64,000 nucleotides of DNA, taken from contig JBAYES010000004.1 of NCBI GenBank assembly GCA_041667545.1, forward strand, positions 152 through 64,151, read 5' to 3'. Origin of the DNA: Candidatus Omnitrophota bacterium (GTDB lineage: Bacteria; Omnitrophota; Gorgyraeia; Tantalellales; Tantalellaceae). Position 1 is the stretch's first letter, and each line of letters opens with the position of its first letter. The position numbers and the translations under genes are program-made. Shown here piece by piece: positions 25,831 through 35,678 of the stretch. The notes beneath the pieces were generated by a model that saw only the letters and a program-made list of their open reading frames with translations, was not told the DNA's origin and searched no databases.

Positions 25831-27179
25831 AAAAAAGAGAACATTCCTTTAAAGTATCCCGGAAATATTTTTTCGCGGGTCTCTCGGTCTTGCTTGTTAT
25901 ATGCGCTTTTTCTGTTCCTTCGTCGCCTGGCGCGGATAAAACGGCTGGTATATCCTCGCTTGATATCTTTAAACAGGTGCAGATGTTCGCCGACGCGATA
26001 TCTCTGATAAACTCGGAATATGTCAAGGAAATAGAAGTGAAACAACTGATACACGGGGCAATAAGAGGTATGATGAAGACACTGGACGGCTACAGCCAGT
26101 TCCTTGACGAGGCCGCTTTCAAGGATATCCGAGAAGAAACAAAAGGAGAGTTTGGCGGGATAGGAGTGGAGATCGGCATAAGGGACGGTGTTCTTACGGT
26201 AATAACACCTATAGCTGGTACGCCGGCATCGGAATCCGGGATAGAGTCCGGAGATAAAGTGGTGAAGATAGACGGGGACATAACAAGGGACCTGACACTT
26301 GATGAGGCCGTGCGGAAGCTCAGGGGTGAGGCCGGAACGGAAGTCTCTATCACGGTCATGCGGGACGGTGGAGAGATGCTGGAGATCACTCTTACAAGAG
26401 CTGTTATAAAACTGAAAAGCGTAAAAGTTTCCAAAATAATATCCGGCGACATAGCTTACATTAAACTTGTAGAGTTCCAGGAAAGGACGGCTAAGGATAT
26501 AGACTCTTCTTTGACATTGCTTAAAGAACAAGGCGCGTCGGCTCTTATTCTTGATCTAAGGAACAATCCGGGAGGTCTTTTAGATTCAGCGATAGAGCTT
26601 TCCGATAAGTTCCTGGCCAAGGGAGAGCTTATAGTTTATACCGAAGGCAGGGATCCCGAAGAAAGAACGGAATTTTTCTCTACTATGAATCCTGAACACG
26701 GCGTCATAGACATTATAGCGCTTGTCAACAAGGGCTCCGCGAGCGCCGCCGAAATACTGGCGGGAGCGCTTCAGGACAATAAGAGGGCTCTTCTTCTCGG
26801 CGAGACCACGTTTGGGAAAGGTTCGGTGCAGACAGTAATTTCCCTGAGGGACAACTCGGCGCTGCGGCTCACTACGGCGGCTTACTACACGCCTTCGGGC
26901 AGGAATCTCATGGATAAAGGGATAGAACCGGATATATATGTCGCTCCATCTCCCCGGAGATCCGAAAAGGACGATAAGGACGATGTAAGGGAGGAAAGAT
27001 CGAAATTGTTCGAGAAGGTCGAAGAAGTAAGATCCCCCGATCCTGATGATGCCGATGATATTTCTCTTGAACCCGAAATGGAGGACGAGCAGATTCTTGC
27101 CGCGGTGAATATACTGAAAGGGGTCCGCATGTTCGAGAACAATAAACGTAAATTCACGCATGATGTCATGGCGGAATAA
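25827..27179 (+). CDS. ctpA: Carboxyl-terminal processing protease (S41 family, CtpA/Prc-like)
   Basis: Signal peptide, a PDZ domain (GIGVEIGIRDGVLTVITPIAGTPASESGIESGDKVVKIDG) and the S41 catalytic region (LDLRNNPGGLL…GSASAAEILAGALQD). Confidence 0.9.
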   Translation: MKKREHSFKVSRKYFFAGLSVLLVICAFSVPSSPGADKTAGISSLDIFKQVQMFADAISLINSEYVKEIEVKQLIHGAIRGMMKTLDGYSQFLDEAAFKDIREETKGEFGGIGVEIGIRDGVLTVITPIAGTPASESGIESGDKVVKIDGDITRDLTLDEAVRKLRGEAGTEVSITVMRDGGEMLEITLTRAVIKLKSVKVSKIISGDIAYIKLVEFQERTAKDIDSSLTLLKEQGASALILDLRNNPGGLLDSAIELSDKFLAKGELIVYTEGRDPEERTEFFSTMNPEHGVIDIIALVNKGSASAAEILAGALQDNKRALLLGETTFGKGSVQTVISLRDNSALRLTTAAYYTPSGRNLMDKGIEPDIYVAPSPRRSEKDDKDDVREERSKLFEKVEEVRSPDPDDADDISLEPEMEDEQILAAVNILKGVRMFENNKRKFTHDVMAE

Positions 27180-27229
27180 AACCGTTCCTGCCGCGGCTGT
27201 GGGACCGTGGAGATCTACTGAAATAAAAT

Positions 27230-28072
27230 ATGTATAGATACAAAGGTTTGTTGATATTTGCCGCAGTGTTCGCTCTTGCCGCCGCGTCTTTTTACTTTGG
27301 CCGGTATGTTGGGGGGCGGAGCTCGGAGAAACCCGACAGGATATTTGTTGATACGGCTGAGAAGGCTCCGGATCCGGAAAAACCTGCTCTTGCTATCGTC
27401 ATAGACGACGTTGGATACTCAATGAAGAATTTTGAAGCGATAAAGGGAACAGGAATGCCTCTGACACTTGCCGTGCTCCCCGGCCACAGATATTCCGCAG
27501 AGGCCTGTGAGTTTGCAGTGTCAAACGGGCTTGACGTAATACTTCATCTTCCGATGGAACCCCTCTCAAAGAACTGGGCGCGGGAAGAACATACATTAAT
27601 GTCAGGGATGGGTGCTGATGAGACGGAAGATATTCTTGCCGCATCTCTTTTATCGACTCCCGGAGTTTCGGGGGTATCTAACCACATGGGGTCTAAGGCA
27701 ACAGCGGATGAGAAGACTGTTAGAGTTCTTATGAGATCTTTGAAAAAAAGAAATCTCTTTTTTCTGGATTCTTTAACCACATCTCATTCAATATGTGAAA
27801 GAGCCGCAGACCATTACAGTGTGCCGTACTTGAGGCGGGATGTATTTATTGATAACGACCCGGAAAGAGCTTACATCTCCGGGCAGTTGATGAAATCCGG
27901 CGAAATGGCGCTGAAAAAAGGCAGGGCCATAGCTATCGGCCACGACAGGGAAAACACCATAGCCGCGCTTAAGGAAGTTGCGCCGGAACTCAAAAAGAAA
28001 GGAATACGGTTTGTTACCCTGAAAGAGATGGTTTCCGATCTCAAGAGAACAGATCGTCCGGAGTTCAGATGA
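27230..28072 (+). CDS. Divergent polysaccharide deacetylase family protein (YibQ-like)
   Basis: N-terminal TM, then LAIVIDDVGYS…LAVLPGHRYS…ILHLPMEP, which matches the DUF610/YibQ signature. Confidence 0.7.
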   Translation: MYRYKGLLIFAAVFALAAASFYFGRYVGGRSSEKPDRIFVDTAEKAPDPEKPALAIVIDDVGYSMKNFEAIKGTGMPLTLAVLPGHRYSAEACEFAVSNGLDVILHLPMEPLSKNWAREEHTLMSGMGADETEDILAASLLSTPGVSGVSNHMGSKATADEKTVRVLMRSLKKRNLFFLDSLTTSHSICERAADHYSVPYLRRDVFIDNDPERAYISGQLMKSGEMALKKGRAIAIGHDRENTIAALKEVAPELKKKGIRFVTLKEMVSDLKRTDRPEFR

Positions 28073-28073
28073 T

Positions 28074-29123
28074 ATGTTGACACTGGGTATAGAGACATCA
28101 TGTGATGAAACCGCGGCGGCGGTGGTAGATGACGGCAAGGTTCTTTCAAGCGAAATATCTTCAAGCGTGGAACTGCACTCTCCGTACGGCGGGGTGGTTC
28201 CGGAGATAGCTTCGAGGTACCATACGGAATACATATTTTCGGTAGCGGAAAAAGCTCTCAAAAGCGCCGGAAAGAGGGTAGATGAAATAGAACTCATTTC
28301 CGTTGCGCGGGGCCCGGGGCTTCCCGGATCCCTGCTTATAGGGATAGCTTTTGCCAAGGCCGCGAGTTTTGCTTTAAGAGTACCGATCGTGGGAGTTAAC
28401 CATCTTACGGCCCACATTTTTTCCTGTTTTATGGAAAAAGAAGGCGCGATAGATGATGTGGAATATCCCTTTGCTGGGATGGTGGCCTCGGGCGGGCATA
28501 CGGGTGTATATGATGTTCGGAGTATTGACGATGTTTCAGCGGTTGGCAGAACGCTTGACGATGCTGTAGGCGAGGCCTTCGACAAAGTAGCCAAGATACT
28601 TGGCCTCGGTTATCCCGGAGGGCCTTATGTAGAGCGTTTGGCCTCGGGATTTTCAGGAAAGGATGAGATAAATTTTCCGAGAGCTCTTTTACAGGATCCC
28701 GCTAACCTGGATTTCAGTTTCAGCGGTCTTAAAACGGCCGTAATGTACCGCTGGAAAGATTCGGAAAAAAACGATGCAGAAAAGCGCAGAATATGTTATT
28801 CTTTCCAGAGAGCGGTGGTGGATGTAATAGGAAAAAAAATGCTACGCGCCGTGGATGCTTTGAAGGTCGGGGTTGTTGCCGCGGGCGGAGGGGTCGTGAA
28901 CAATTCGGCTTTGCGCGGCAGGTTGAAAGAGCTGTGCTTACGGCATGGCATAAAGTTATTTCTTCCTGAAAAGCGCTATTGTTCTGACAATGCCGCGATG
29001 ATAGCCGTTCTGGGAGAAAAGCTTTACAAAAAAGGTTTCAGATCGGATATTTTTATGAACACGGAACCGGCAGAGATACGAAAAATAAAACAGGAACGGA
29101 AAGAGGAGACTAAATGTCAATAG
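28074..29123 (+). CDS. tsaD: tRNA N6-adenosine threonylcarbamoyltransferase TsaD
   Basis: MLTLGIETSCDETAAAVV… Kae1/TsaD N-terminus, with metal-binding HxxxH in GVNHLTAHIF. Confidence 0.95.
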   Translation: MLTLGIETSCDETAAAVVDDGKVLSSEISSSVELHSPYGGVVPEIASRYHTEYIFSVAEKALKSAGKRVDEIELISVARGPGLPGSLLIGIAFAKAASFALRVPIVGVNHLTAHIFSCFMEKEGAIDDVEYPFAGMVASGGHTGVYDVRSIDDVSAVGRTLDDAVGEAFDKVAKILGLGYPGGPYVERLASGFSGKDEINFPRALLQDPANLDFSFSGLKTAVMYRWKDSEKNDAEKRRICYSFQRAVVDVIGKKMLRAVDALKVGVVAAGGGVVNNSALRGRLKELCLRHGIKLFLPEKRYCSDNAAMIAVLGEKLYKKGFRSDIFMNTEPAEIRKIKQERKEETKCQ

Positions 29124-29563
29124 CGGATGTTCTACTGCGCATTTTTATATCTACCGTTTTGGGAGCGATTATAGGCGTGGAGAGAGAGATACACAAAAGA
29201 GCCGCGGGGTTCAGAACACACATACTTGTTTGTGTGGGTTCAACGCTTTTCATGTTAACGTCGATTTCAGTCGCTCTAACCTATTCACACGCGGGTGACG
29301 TTGACCCTTCCCGGATAGCCGCGGGAGTTGTAACGGGAATAGGGTTCTTAGGCGCGGGAGCTATAATAAGGTACGGGGAATCCATAAAGGGCCTTACTAC
29401 GGCCGCAAGCGTATGGGTCGTGGCGGCGATAGGGTTATCTGTGGGTGCGGGAATGTTTATTCCGGCGGCCGTTACAACGGGCATTGTCGCGGCCGTTCTG
29501 GCGCTTTCTTCTCTGGAAGAAAAGCTGGAAGCAAAAAGAAGTAAGCGCGGTAATGACCGATAA
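29114..29563 (+). CDS. MgtC/SapB family membrane protein
   Basis: ADVLLRIFISTVLGAIIGVEREIHKRAAGFRTHILVCVGSTLFM… matches the MgtC N-terminal domain. Confidence 0.8.
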   Translation: MSIADVLLRIFISTVLGAIIGVEREIHKRAAGFRTHILVCVGSTLFMLTSISVALTYSHAGDVDPSRIAAGVVTGIGFLGAGAIIRYGESIKGLTTAASVWVVAAIGLSVGAGMFIPAAVTTGIVAAVLALSSLEEKLEAKRSKRGNDR

Positions 29564-29599
29564 TTACCATACAATAGAATTTCAAAACAGGAGGTACTT

Positions 29600-30145
29600 A
29601 TGAAAAGGAAAAATGAAATAGTTCCGCAGGCGGAAGAAAAAGTGCTGGATGTGAATGCCAGTATGCAGGGAACGCTGAGATTTGACGATCCTGTTAATCT
29701 TCGTATAAACGGAAAGTTTGAAGGGACCCTGGATATCAAGGGCAAGCTCATGGTGGGAGACAAAGCTGACGTGAAGGCCAACATAACAGGTGAGATAGTT
29801 TATGTTTCCGGGACGGTAAATGGGAACGTCAAGGCAACAACGCATCTTAGGCTTGAGTCTACTGCCAGGATGACAGGGGATGTAAAGACACCGAAATTGT
29901 CTATAGCTGAAGGAGCTTTCTTTTCGGGGCAGGTAGAGATGGCATCCTCGTCCTTTACCGGTGCCGGACCAAGGGGCGATTGGCTGAACATAAACCAGCT
30001 GGCAAAATATCTGGAAGTGGATCTCGGGAAGATAAACGAATGGACTTCAACAGGTCTTCTTCCGGGAACCAAGGAAGGCGGTGAGTGGATCTTTGAAAAA
30101 GCAAAGGTTGACCAGTGGATATCGGAAGGCAAAGTAAAGGTGTGA
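29600..30145 (+). CDS. Bactofilin-domain protein fused to a C-terminal excisionase-type HTH (HTH_17) domain
   Basis: The central region has beta-helical bactofilin repeats (LRINGKFEGTLDIKGKLMVGDKADVKANITGEIVYVSGTVNGNVKATTHLRLESTARMTGDVKT). The C-terminal 50 aa (WLNINQLAKYLEVDLGKINEWTSTGLLPGTKEGGEWIFEKAKVDQWI) matches the HTH_17 consensus L..E.A..L.V…I….G.IP..K.G..W.F…..W. Confidence 0.75.
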   Translation: MKRKNEIVPQAEEKVLDVNASMQGTLRFDDPVNLRINGKFEGTLDIKGKLMVGDKADVKANITGEIVYVSGTVNGNVKATTHLRLESTARMTGDVKTPKLSIAEGAFFSGQVEMASSSFTGAGPRGDWLNINQLAKYLEVDLGKINEWTSTGLLPGTKEGGEWIFEKAKVDQWISEGKVKV

Positions 30146-30146
30146 T

Positions 30147-30500
30147 ATGCCCGAAAAACTCATGACGCTACGCGAACTCTCGGAATATCTGGATATTTCG
30201 GAAGATAGATTAACGGGACTCGTAGTCGAAAAGGTGATACCCGCCTACAAGATAGGAGGAGAGCTCCTGCGTTTTCGCAAAGAGCAGATAGATGCCATGC
30301 GTCAGGAAATAGAAGCGAGGTCGAACGATCCTGCTAAACAGAAAACATTAAACAGCGAAAAAAGACCTCTAAAGAAGATAAGTGACGGGTCTGATAACGG
30401 CGTTATGGATCACATCAGAGATTTTTTTTACTTCAATGATTTCTATATAATAGCAGCGGCCATAGCCGGAGTATTGCTTGCCGTGATCTTTATGGGCTGA
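30147..30500 (+). CDS. HTH_17 (excisionase-family) DNA-binding protein with a C-terminal transmembrane anchor
   Basis: The N-terminal LMTLRELSEYLDISEDRLTGLVVEKVIPAYKIGGELLRFRKEQIDAM matches HTH_17. The C-terminal FYIIAAAIAGVLLAVIFMG is a single TM helix. Its start codon sits 1 nt after the bactofilin-HTH stop, suggesting translational coupling. Confidence 0.6.
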   Translation: MPEKLMTLRELSEYLDISEDRLTGLVVEKVIPAYKIGGELLRFRKEQIDAMRQEIEARSNDPAKQKTLNSEKRPLKKISDGSDNGVMDHIRDFFYFNDFYIIAAAIAGVLLAVIFMG

Positions 30501-30520
30501 GGCGGGACCAAGAATATTTC

Positions 30521-30549
30521 TTGACAATCGCGGAGTGTGGGGTATACTT
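30521..30549 (+). promoter_or_regulatory. Sigma-70-type promoter upstream of polA
   Basis: TTGACA (30521-30526), a 17-nt spacer, then TATACT (30544-30549), lying in the 186-bp gap before polA. Confidence 0.5.
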
Positions 30550-30686
30550 GGTCAATACTCGCCGTTTACGCTTACTATGCAGGAAGCGTATATCCGACAG
30601 GGGAAGATATTTTTAATGGAGTTTTAGACCATCCTTGATCCAGAAAATTTCCGAGGCACATCTCATATTATATCCAATTCTTACGG

Positions 30687-33332
30687 ATGAACACAGGCAA
30701 ACATAATATTTTTTTGATAGACGGCAACTCTTTGTGCTATAGAGCATATTATGCCATTCCTACCCTATCAACGTCAAAAGGCGATCCTACTAACGCCGTT
30801 TACGGTGTAATTGTCATGTTAAGGAAGCTGCTCAAGGACCATTCCCCGGAAAGAATAGCTGTGGTCTTTGATCTGCCCGGAAAAACAGCTCGACATGTTA
30901 TGTATGAAAAATACAAAGAAACACGGCCTCCCATGCCCGAGGATCTGGCGCATCAGATGGAGAAGATAAAAGAAGTGATCGCGGCATACAAGATACCCGT
31001 TTTTCAGCAGCAGGGCTATGAGGCTGATGATGTTATAGCGACACTTGCCCGTAAGGCTGTCGAGAAGGGATTTCGGGTAACGATAGTTACGGCAGACAAG
31101 GACGCGTTCCAGCTTGTGACAGAGAATGTCAGGGTTCTTTCTCCCCGGCCTTCGGGAGACAAGGTATACGATATCGACGGTGTGATCGAAAAATTCGGCG
31201 TTCCTCCGGAGAAGATGGTTGACCTTATGGCTCTTATGGGGGATCCCGGAGATAATGTTCCCGGAGTCAAGGGCATAGGAAAAGTCACAGCCAGAGATCT
31301 TGTGCTTGAATTCGGCGGGCTTGAGAAGCTTTATGCCAACATGGAAAAAGTTTCGTCATCTTCTGTCAGGAAAAAATTGGAGGAAGGGAAAGATATTGCA
31401 ATGCTGAGCCGGGATCTTGTGAAACTGGATGAGGAAGTTCCCCTGGATGAAGAAGACCTGCCGGGCGGGTTGGAAGAGCCCGATACCGCCGCTCTTCGGG
31501 ACATATATAGAGAAATGGAATTCACGAAACTTTTAAAAGAGTTAGAGACCCCGGAAAACTTGCCTTGTAATGTCTCTGTCATCTCTTCAGCCGAAGATCT
31601 TAAAGAATTATTCTCAGGGATAAGAAAGTCCGGCAGTGTATCTCTGAGGATGGACGAAGGGCTAAGGGGTTTTGCCGCGTCGTTCTCGGGATCTTCAGTG
31701 TTTTACGTAGATCTTTCCCGGAAAAGCTCCCTTTCCCTGAAAGCCATGGATGAACTTAAAAAGATCGCAGGATCTTCGGAGGTAACCAAAATAGGCCATG
31801 ATATCAAAAGAGATATCCGCCTTTTGTCTTCATCGGGGATAGATCTTGTCTCTCCATATTTTGATGTGATGATAGCGGATTATCTGGTGGATCCGTCGTT
31901 TGGCGGTTATGCCCTGAGTGATATTGCCATGCGCAGGGATATCTATACTTTCGTGAAAACCGGGAAAAAAATAAAAAATAAAGAACAACTTGGCGGCATG
32001 ATGGATCTTGACTTTCCCCCGGATAACACGGAACTTTGCCGTTTATGTGACATATCGTTAAGATTGTTCAAGCCCTTGGAGAAAGAGCTCAGGGAAAAAG
32101 AGCTGGACAACTTATTCTTTAATGTCGAGATGCCGCTTGTCCGGGTCCTCAGCGATATCGAATCGGCCGGGGTAGGGATAGATGCCGGTTATCTTAAGGC
32201 AGGGTCGGAAAGGATAAATTCCGAGATTAAAGATATAACATTTCGCGCATATGAACTTGCCGGGGAAAAATTCAATATTAACTCTCCCAAACAGATACAA
32301 AAAATACTTTTTGATAAGCTTGATCTCCCCGCGGGGAGAAAGATAAAGACCGGAAGGTCTACCGACGAAGAGACGCTTGAAAGGCTCTCAGATCTGCATG
32401 AACTTCCGAAAAAAATACTTGAACATCGGCGCTTAAGCAAGTTGAAAAGCGGTTACTACGATTCGATACTTGCTTTTACCGATATAGAGGAGAATGTGCT
32501 GCACGCTAAATTTAACCAGGCTGTGACGTCTACCGGACGCCTCTCATCAAGCGAACCAAATTTGCAGAATATTCCCATTAAGACCGATGTAGGGAGGGAG
32601 ATTAGAAAAGCTTTCATACCCAAAAAAAAGAACAATATTCTTGTAGCGGCGGATTATTCTCAGGTGGAACTCCGTATTCTCGCGCATCTTTCCGGAGACG
32701 CCCGTCTTAAGGGGGCTTTCAGGGAAGGGAAAGATGTTCATACATTCACCGCCTCTCTTATTTTCGACTGCCCCTTAAACAATGTCGACTATAAAATGAG
32801 ATCCGCGGCCAAAACAGTAAATTTTGGGATTATGTACGGCATGGGGCCTTTTGCGCTTGCCCGTAGTCTCGGGATTACACAGGAAAAAGCGCAGGAATTC
32901 ATCTCGGCATATTTCGACAGATACAGTATGGTAAGGGATTTTATCTCGAAAACGATAGCAAGTACCCGTGAAAAGGGATTTGTTACCACTCTTTTCGGGA
33001 GAAGAAGATATCTGCCCGAAATATCAAGTTCAAATGAAAGAGTGAGGGCTTTTGCCGAAAGGGCCGCTGTAAATACCGCAGTACAGGGGACAGCCGCCGA
33101 CATAATAAAAATGGCAATGATAAAATGCCGGGAAAATTTTTCGGACAGGAAAGTGGACATGATAATACAGGTGCATGATGAACTGGTTTTTGATGTCCCC
33201 AAAAAAGAGATGGTAAAAGCATTGTCTGAGATAAAAATGATAATGGAAGGGGTTGTTAAGTTGTTGGTACCGTTGAAGGTAAATGTTGAGTCCGGGCCGA
33301 ATTGGTGCGATATGGAAGCTGTTGATTTGTGA
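30687..33332 (+). CDS. polA: DNA polymerase I
   Basis: 881 aa with a 5'-3' exonuclease N-terminus (IFLIDGNSLCYRAYYA…), a 3'-5' exo-like middle and a polymerase domain (RRSAKTVNFGIMYGMG; QVHDELVFDV). Confidence 0.95.
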   Translation: MNTGKHNIFLIDGNSLCYRAYYAIPTLSTSKGDPTNAVYGVIVMLRKLLKDHSPERIAVVFDLPGKTARHVMYEKYKETRPPMPEDLAHQMEKIKEVIAAYKIPVFQQQGYEADDVIATLARKAVEKGFRVTIVTADKDAFQLVTENVRVLSPRPSGDKVYDIDGVIEKFGVPPEKMVDLMALMGDPGDNVPGVKGIGKVTARDLVLEFGGLEKLYANMEKVSSSSVRKKLEEGKDIAMLSRDLVKLDEEVPLDEEDLPGGLEEPDTAALRDIYREMEFTKLLKELETPENLPCNVSVISSAEDLKELFSGIRKSGSVSLRMDEGLRGFAASFSGSSVFYVDLSRKSSLSLKAMDELKKIAGSSEVTKIGHDIKRDIRLLSSSGIDLVSPYFDVMIADYLVDPSFGGYALSDIAMRRDIYTFVKTGKKIKNKEQLGGMMDLDFPPDNTELCRLCDISLRLFKPLEKELREKELDNLFFNVEMPLVRVLSDIESAGVGIDAGYLKAGSERINSEIKDITFRAYELAGEKFNINSPKQIQKILFDKLDLPAGRKIKTGRSTDEETLERLSDLHELPKKILEHRRLSKLKSGYYDSILAFTDIEENVLHAKFNQAVTSTGRLSSSEPNLQNIPIKTDVGREIRKAFIPKKKNNILVAADYSQVELRILAHLSGDARLKGAFREGKDVHTFTASLIFDCPLNNVDYKMRSAAKTVNFGIMYGMGPFALARSLGITQEKAQEFISAYFDRYSMVRDFISKTIASTREKGFVTTLFGRRRYLPEISSSNERVRAFAERAAVNTAVQGTAADIIKMAMIKCRENFSDRKVDMIIQVHDELVFDVPKKEMVKALSEIKMIMEGVVKLLVPLKVNVESGPNWCDMEAVDL

Positions 33333-33342
33333 AGGATAAAGG

Positions 33343-33927
33343 ATGAAGGGACGAGGGGAAGTAATAGGAGTGACCGGTCCGTTTGCCTCGGGAAAGACCA
33401 CCGTAGCTGATGAATTTGTCGCTCTGGGCGCCGTCAGGATAGATGCTGATGAAATTTCCCATAATATTCTGTCCGAGGACAGACGTATAATAAAAAAAAT
33501 TGAAACTGTTTTCGGTCCCGGCGTGATGGAGTCGGGGAAGGTCTCCAGAGAGAAACTTTCAATGTCGGTTTTTGGGGACCGGGAGAAACTTAAGGCGCTA
33601 TGTGAGATTATGCACCCCGAAATAATAAAACGCGTAAAGAGAAAGATAGCTGACGCGTCGGGAAAGACAGTTGTGTTAGACGCTCCGCTCCTTTTTGAGA
33701 GTGGATTCTATAAGCAAGTTGACCGCATCGTCGTTGTTACGGCGAGTGAACGAACTTGCATAAAAAGGGCCGTTTTAAAAGGTATTCCTGAAGAGAAGGC
33801 GAGGCAAATAATGGCAAGCCAGATCTCTCCGGAAGAAAAAATAAAAATGGCGGATCATGTGATATTTAACGAGGGTAATTTACAGCAAATCAAAGAAGGA
33901 GTGAAAAAAGTATGGCCAAAGAAGTGA
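33343..33927 (+). CDS. coaE: Dephospho-CoA kinase
   Basis: Walker A ([13 protein letters not shown]) and the family size (194 aa). Confidence 0.9.
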   Translation: MKGRGEVIGVTGPFASGKTTVADEFVALGAVRIDADEISHNILSEDRRIIKKIETVFGPGVMESGKVSREKLSMSVFGDREKLKALCEIMHPEIIKRVKRKIADASGKTVVLDAPLLFESGFYKQVDRIVVVTASERTCIKRAVLKGIPEEKARQIMASQISPEEKIKMADHVIFNEGNLQQIKEGVKKVWPKK

Positions 33928-35195
33928 GGAAGAAAGGACAGGAGCTCGATATCGTACAGCTTAAGAACATGCGTATATCGGAGCTTACGGAACTAGCCAA
34001 AGGGTTGAACATAGAAGGGATAAGCGGGCTTAAGAAGCACGATCTTATCTTCAGCATTCTTCAGGCGAAAGTTGAAAAAGACGGATTCGCTTACGGTGAA
34101 GGGGTTTTGGAGATACTTGAGGATGGGTTCGGTTTTTTGCGGAGTCCCGATTACAACTATCTACCATGTCCTGATGACATTTATGTTTCGCCATCCCAGA
34201 TAAGAAGGTTCAATCTTAAGACCGGAGACACTGTTAGCGGACAGATAAGGCCTCCGAAAGAAGGAGAACGTTATTTCGCCCTTTTGAAAGTAGAAGCGGT
34301 GAATTTTGAGAACCCCGAGATTGCGAAAAACAGGATACTTTTTGAGAATCTCACCCCTCTTTATCCTAATGACAGATTTGTCCTTGAAACAACTCCCGAC
34401 GAGGTGTCTATGAGGATAATGGACATACTTACTCCTGTGGGACGGGGACAAAGGGGAATGATCGTTGCCCAGCCGTACAGCGGAAAGACCGTTTTTCTCC
34501 AGAAATTTGCCAATAGCATAAGTAAAAATTATCCGGATGTAAAACTGATAATATTGCTTGTGGATGAAAGGCCTGAAGAGGTGACGGATATGCAAAGGTC
34601 GGTGGACGCGGAAGTTGTGGCCTCTACTTTTGACGAACAGGCTCAGAGGCATGTGCAGGTCGCCGAGATGGTTCTTCATAAAGCTAAAAGGCTTGTGGAA
34701 CACAAATACGATGTTGTCATTCTTCTTGATTCCATAACACGGCTTGCCCGTGCCTATAACTCTACGGTCCCTCATTCCGGAAAGATTCTTTCCGGGGGAG
34801 TAGACTCGAACGCTCTTCACAAACCTAAAAGATTTTTCGGGGCGGCGCGGAATATAGAAGAGGGCGGCAGCCTTACAATAATCGCCACCGCTCTTGTTGA
34901 TACCGGAAGCCGCATGGATGAGGTTATTTTTGAGGAATTTAAGGGTACCGGCAACATGGAAATACAGCTCGATCGCAACCTTTTTCAGAGGAGGATATAT
35001 CCCGCGATCGACATAAAAAGATCTAACACCCGCAAAGAAGATCTTTTGGTCGAGGAAGACGAACTCAAGAAGATATGGCTTATGCGCAAGGCCTTGAGCG
35101 ACCTTGATTCTGTGGAGTCTATGGAACTCCTTATAGACCGTCTTCATAAGTCAAAGACCAATAAGGAGTTTTTGGAAAATATGGGAAAAGGCTGA
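33912..35195 (+). CDS. rho: Transcription termination factor Rho
   Basis: N-terminal Rho-N/CSD domain and the RecA-like ATPase ([19 protein letters not shown]; [13 protein letters not shown]; [11 protein letters not shown]); 427 aa. Confidence 0.95.
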   Translation: MAKEVRKKGQELDIVQLKNMRISELTELAKGLNIEGISGLKKHDLIFSILQAKVEKDGFAYGEGVLEILEDGFGFLRSPDYNYLPCPDDIYVSPSQIRRFNLKTGDTVSGQIRPPKEGERYFALLKVEAVNFENPEIAKNRILFENLTPLYPNDRFVLETTPDEVSMRIMDILTPVGRGQRGMIVAQPYSGKTVFLQKFANSISKNYPDVKLIILLVDERPEEVTDMQRSVDAEVVASTFDEQAQRHVQVAEMVLHKAKRLVEHKYDVVILLDSITRLARAYNSTVPHSGKILSGGVDSNALHKPKRFFGAARNIEEGGSLTIIATALVDTGSRMDEVIFEEFKGTGNMEIQLDRNLFQRRIYPAIDIKRSNTRKEDLLVEEDELKKIWLMRKALSDLDSVESMELLIDRLHKSKTNKEFLENMGKG

Positions 35196-35243
35196 GAGAG
35201 GCCTGATCCTGTTCTGCCAATCCGACAAAATCCCACAAAACCC

Positions 35244-35271
35244 TTGATATTTAGCGCATAATATGTACAAT
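35244..35271 (+). promoter_or_regulatory. Sigma-70-type promoter upstream of rpmE
   Basis: TTGATA, a 16-nt spacer, then TACAAT, lying between rho and rpmE. Confidence 0.45.
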
Positions 35272-35321
35272 ATTGTATTCTGCGTTTGGAAGTAAATAAT
35301 TTTAGGCAAGGAGGGTTAGAA

Positions 35322-35543
35322 GTGAAAAAAGGCATACATCCAAAATATGTTGATTGCACCATAGTTTGTGTGTGCGGCAATACAGTGCATACGAGGGCGT
35401 CAAAAGAAAGCGTACATGTGGAGATCTGTTCCAAATGCCATCCGTTCTACACAGGAAAACAAAAGCTTGTGGATTCAGCGGGAAGAGTGGATCGTTTCCA
35501 GAAAAGATACTCCGGGACATCTCAAAAAAAGGCAAAAGAATAA
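35322..35543 (+). CDS. rpmE: 50S ribosomal protein L31 (Zn-ribbon type, GTG start)
   Basis: [47 protein letters not shown] with an AGGAGGG RBS. The track ORF from 35286 adds a 12-aa extension. Confidence 0.9.
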   Translation: MKKGIHPKYVDCTIVCVCGNTVHTRASKESVHVEICSKCHPFYTGKQKLVDSAGRVDRFQKRYSGTSQKKAKE

Positions 35544-35678
35544 TAAGAGTGGTAACTTGCTGCTTTTTTGGGAGATTGCTTTTAGGCAGCGAAGATGGGG
35601 TTGTTAAGCATCTTGCCATGAGGCGCATGGCGAGGGGTTTTGTTTTTTTATTCCGGTCGACGGATAAGTTTGGTAAAT

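Noticed and set aside
25713-26531. 272-aa minus-strand ORF
   Set aside because: Antisense to the gatB 3' end and the ctpA 5' half, both strongly supported. It has no recognisable domain.
34161-35147. 328-aa minus-strand ORF
   Set aside because: It is exactly antisense to rho, which has unambiguous Walker and Rho-family motifs. The antisense product has low-complexity H/R/F/Y-rich composition, no motifs and no RBS, so it is a codon-bias artefact.
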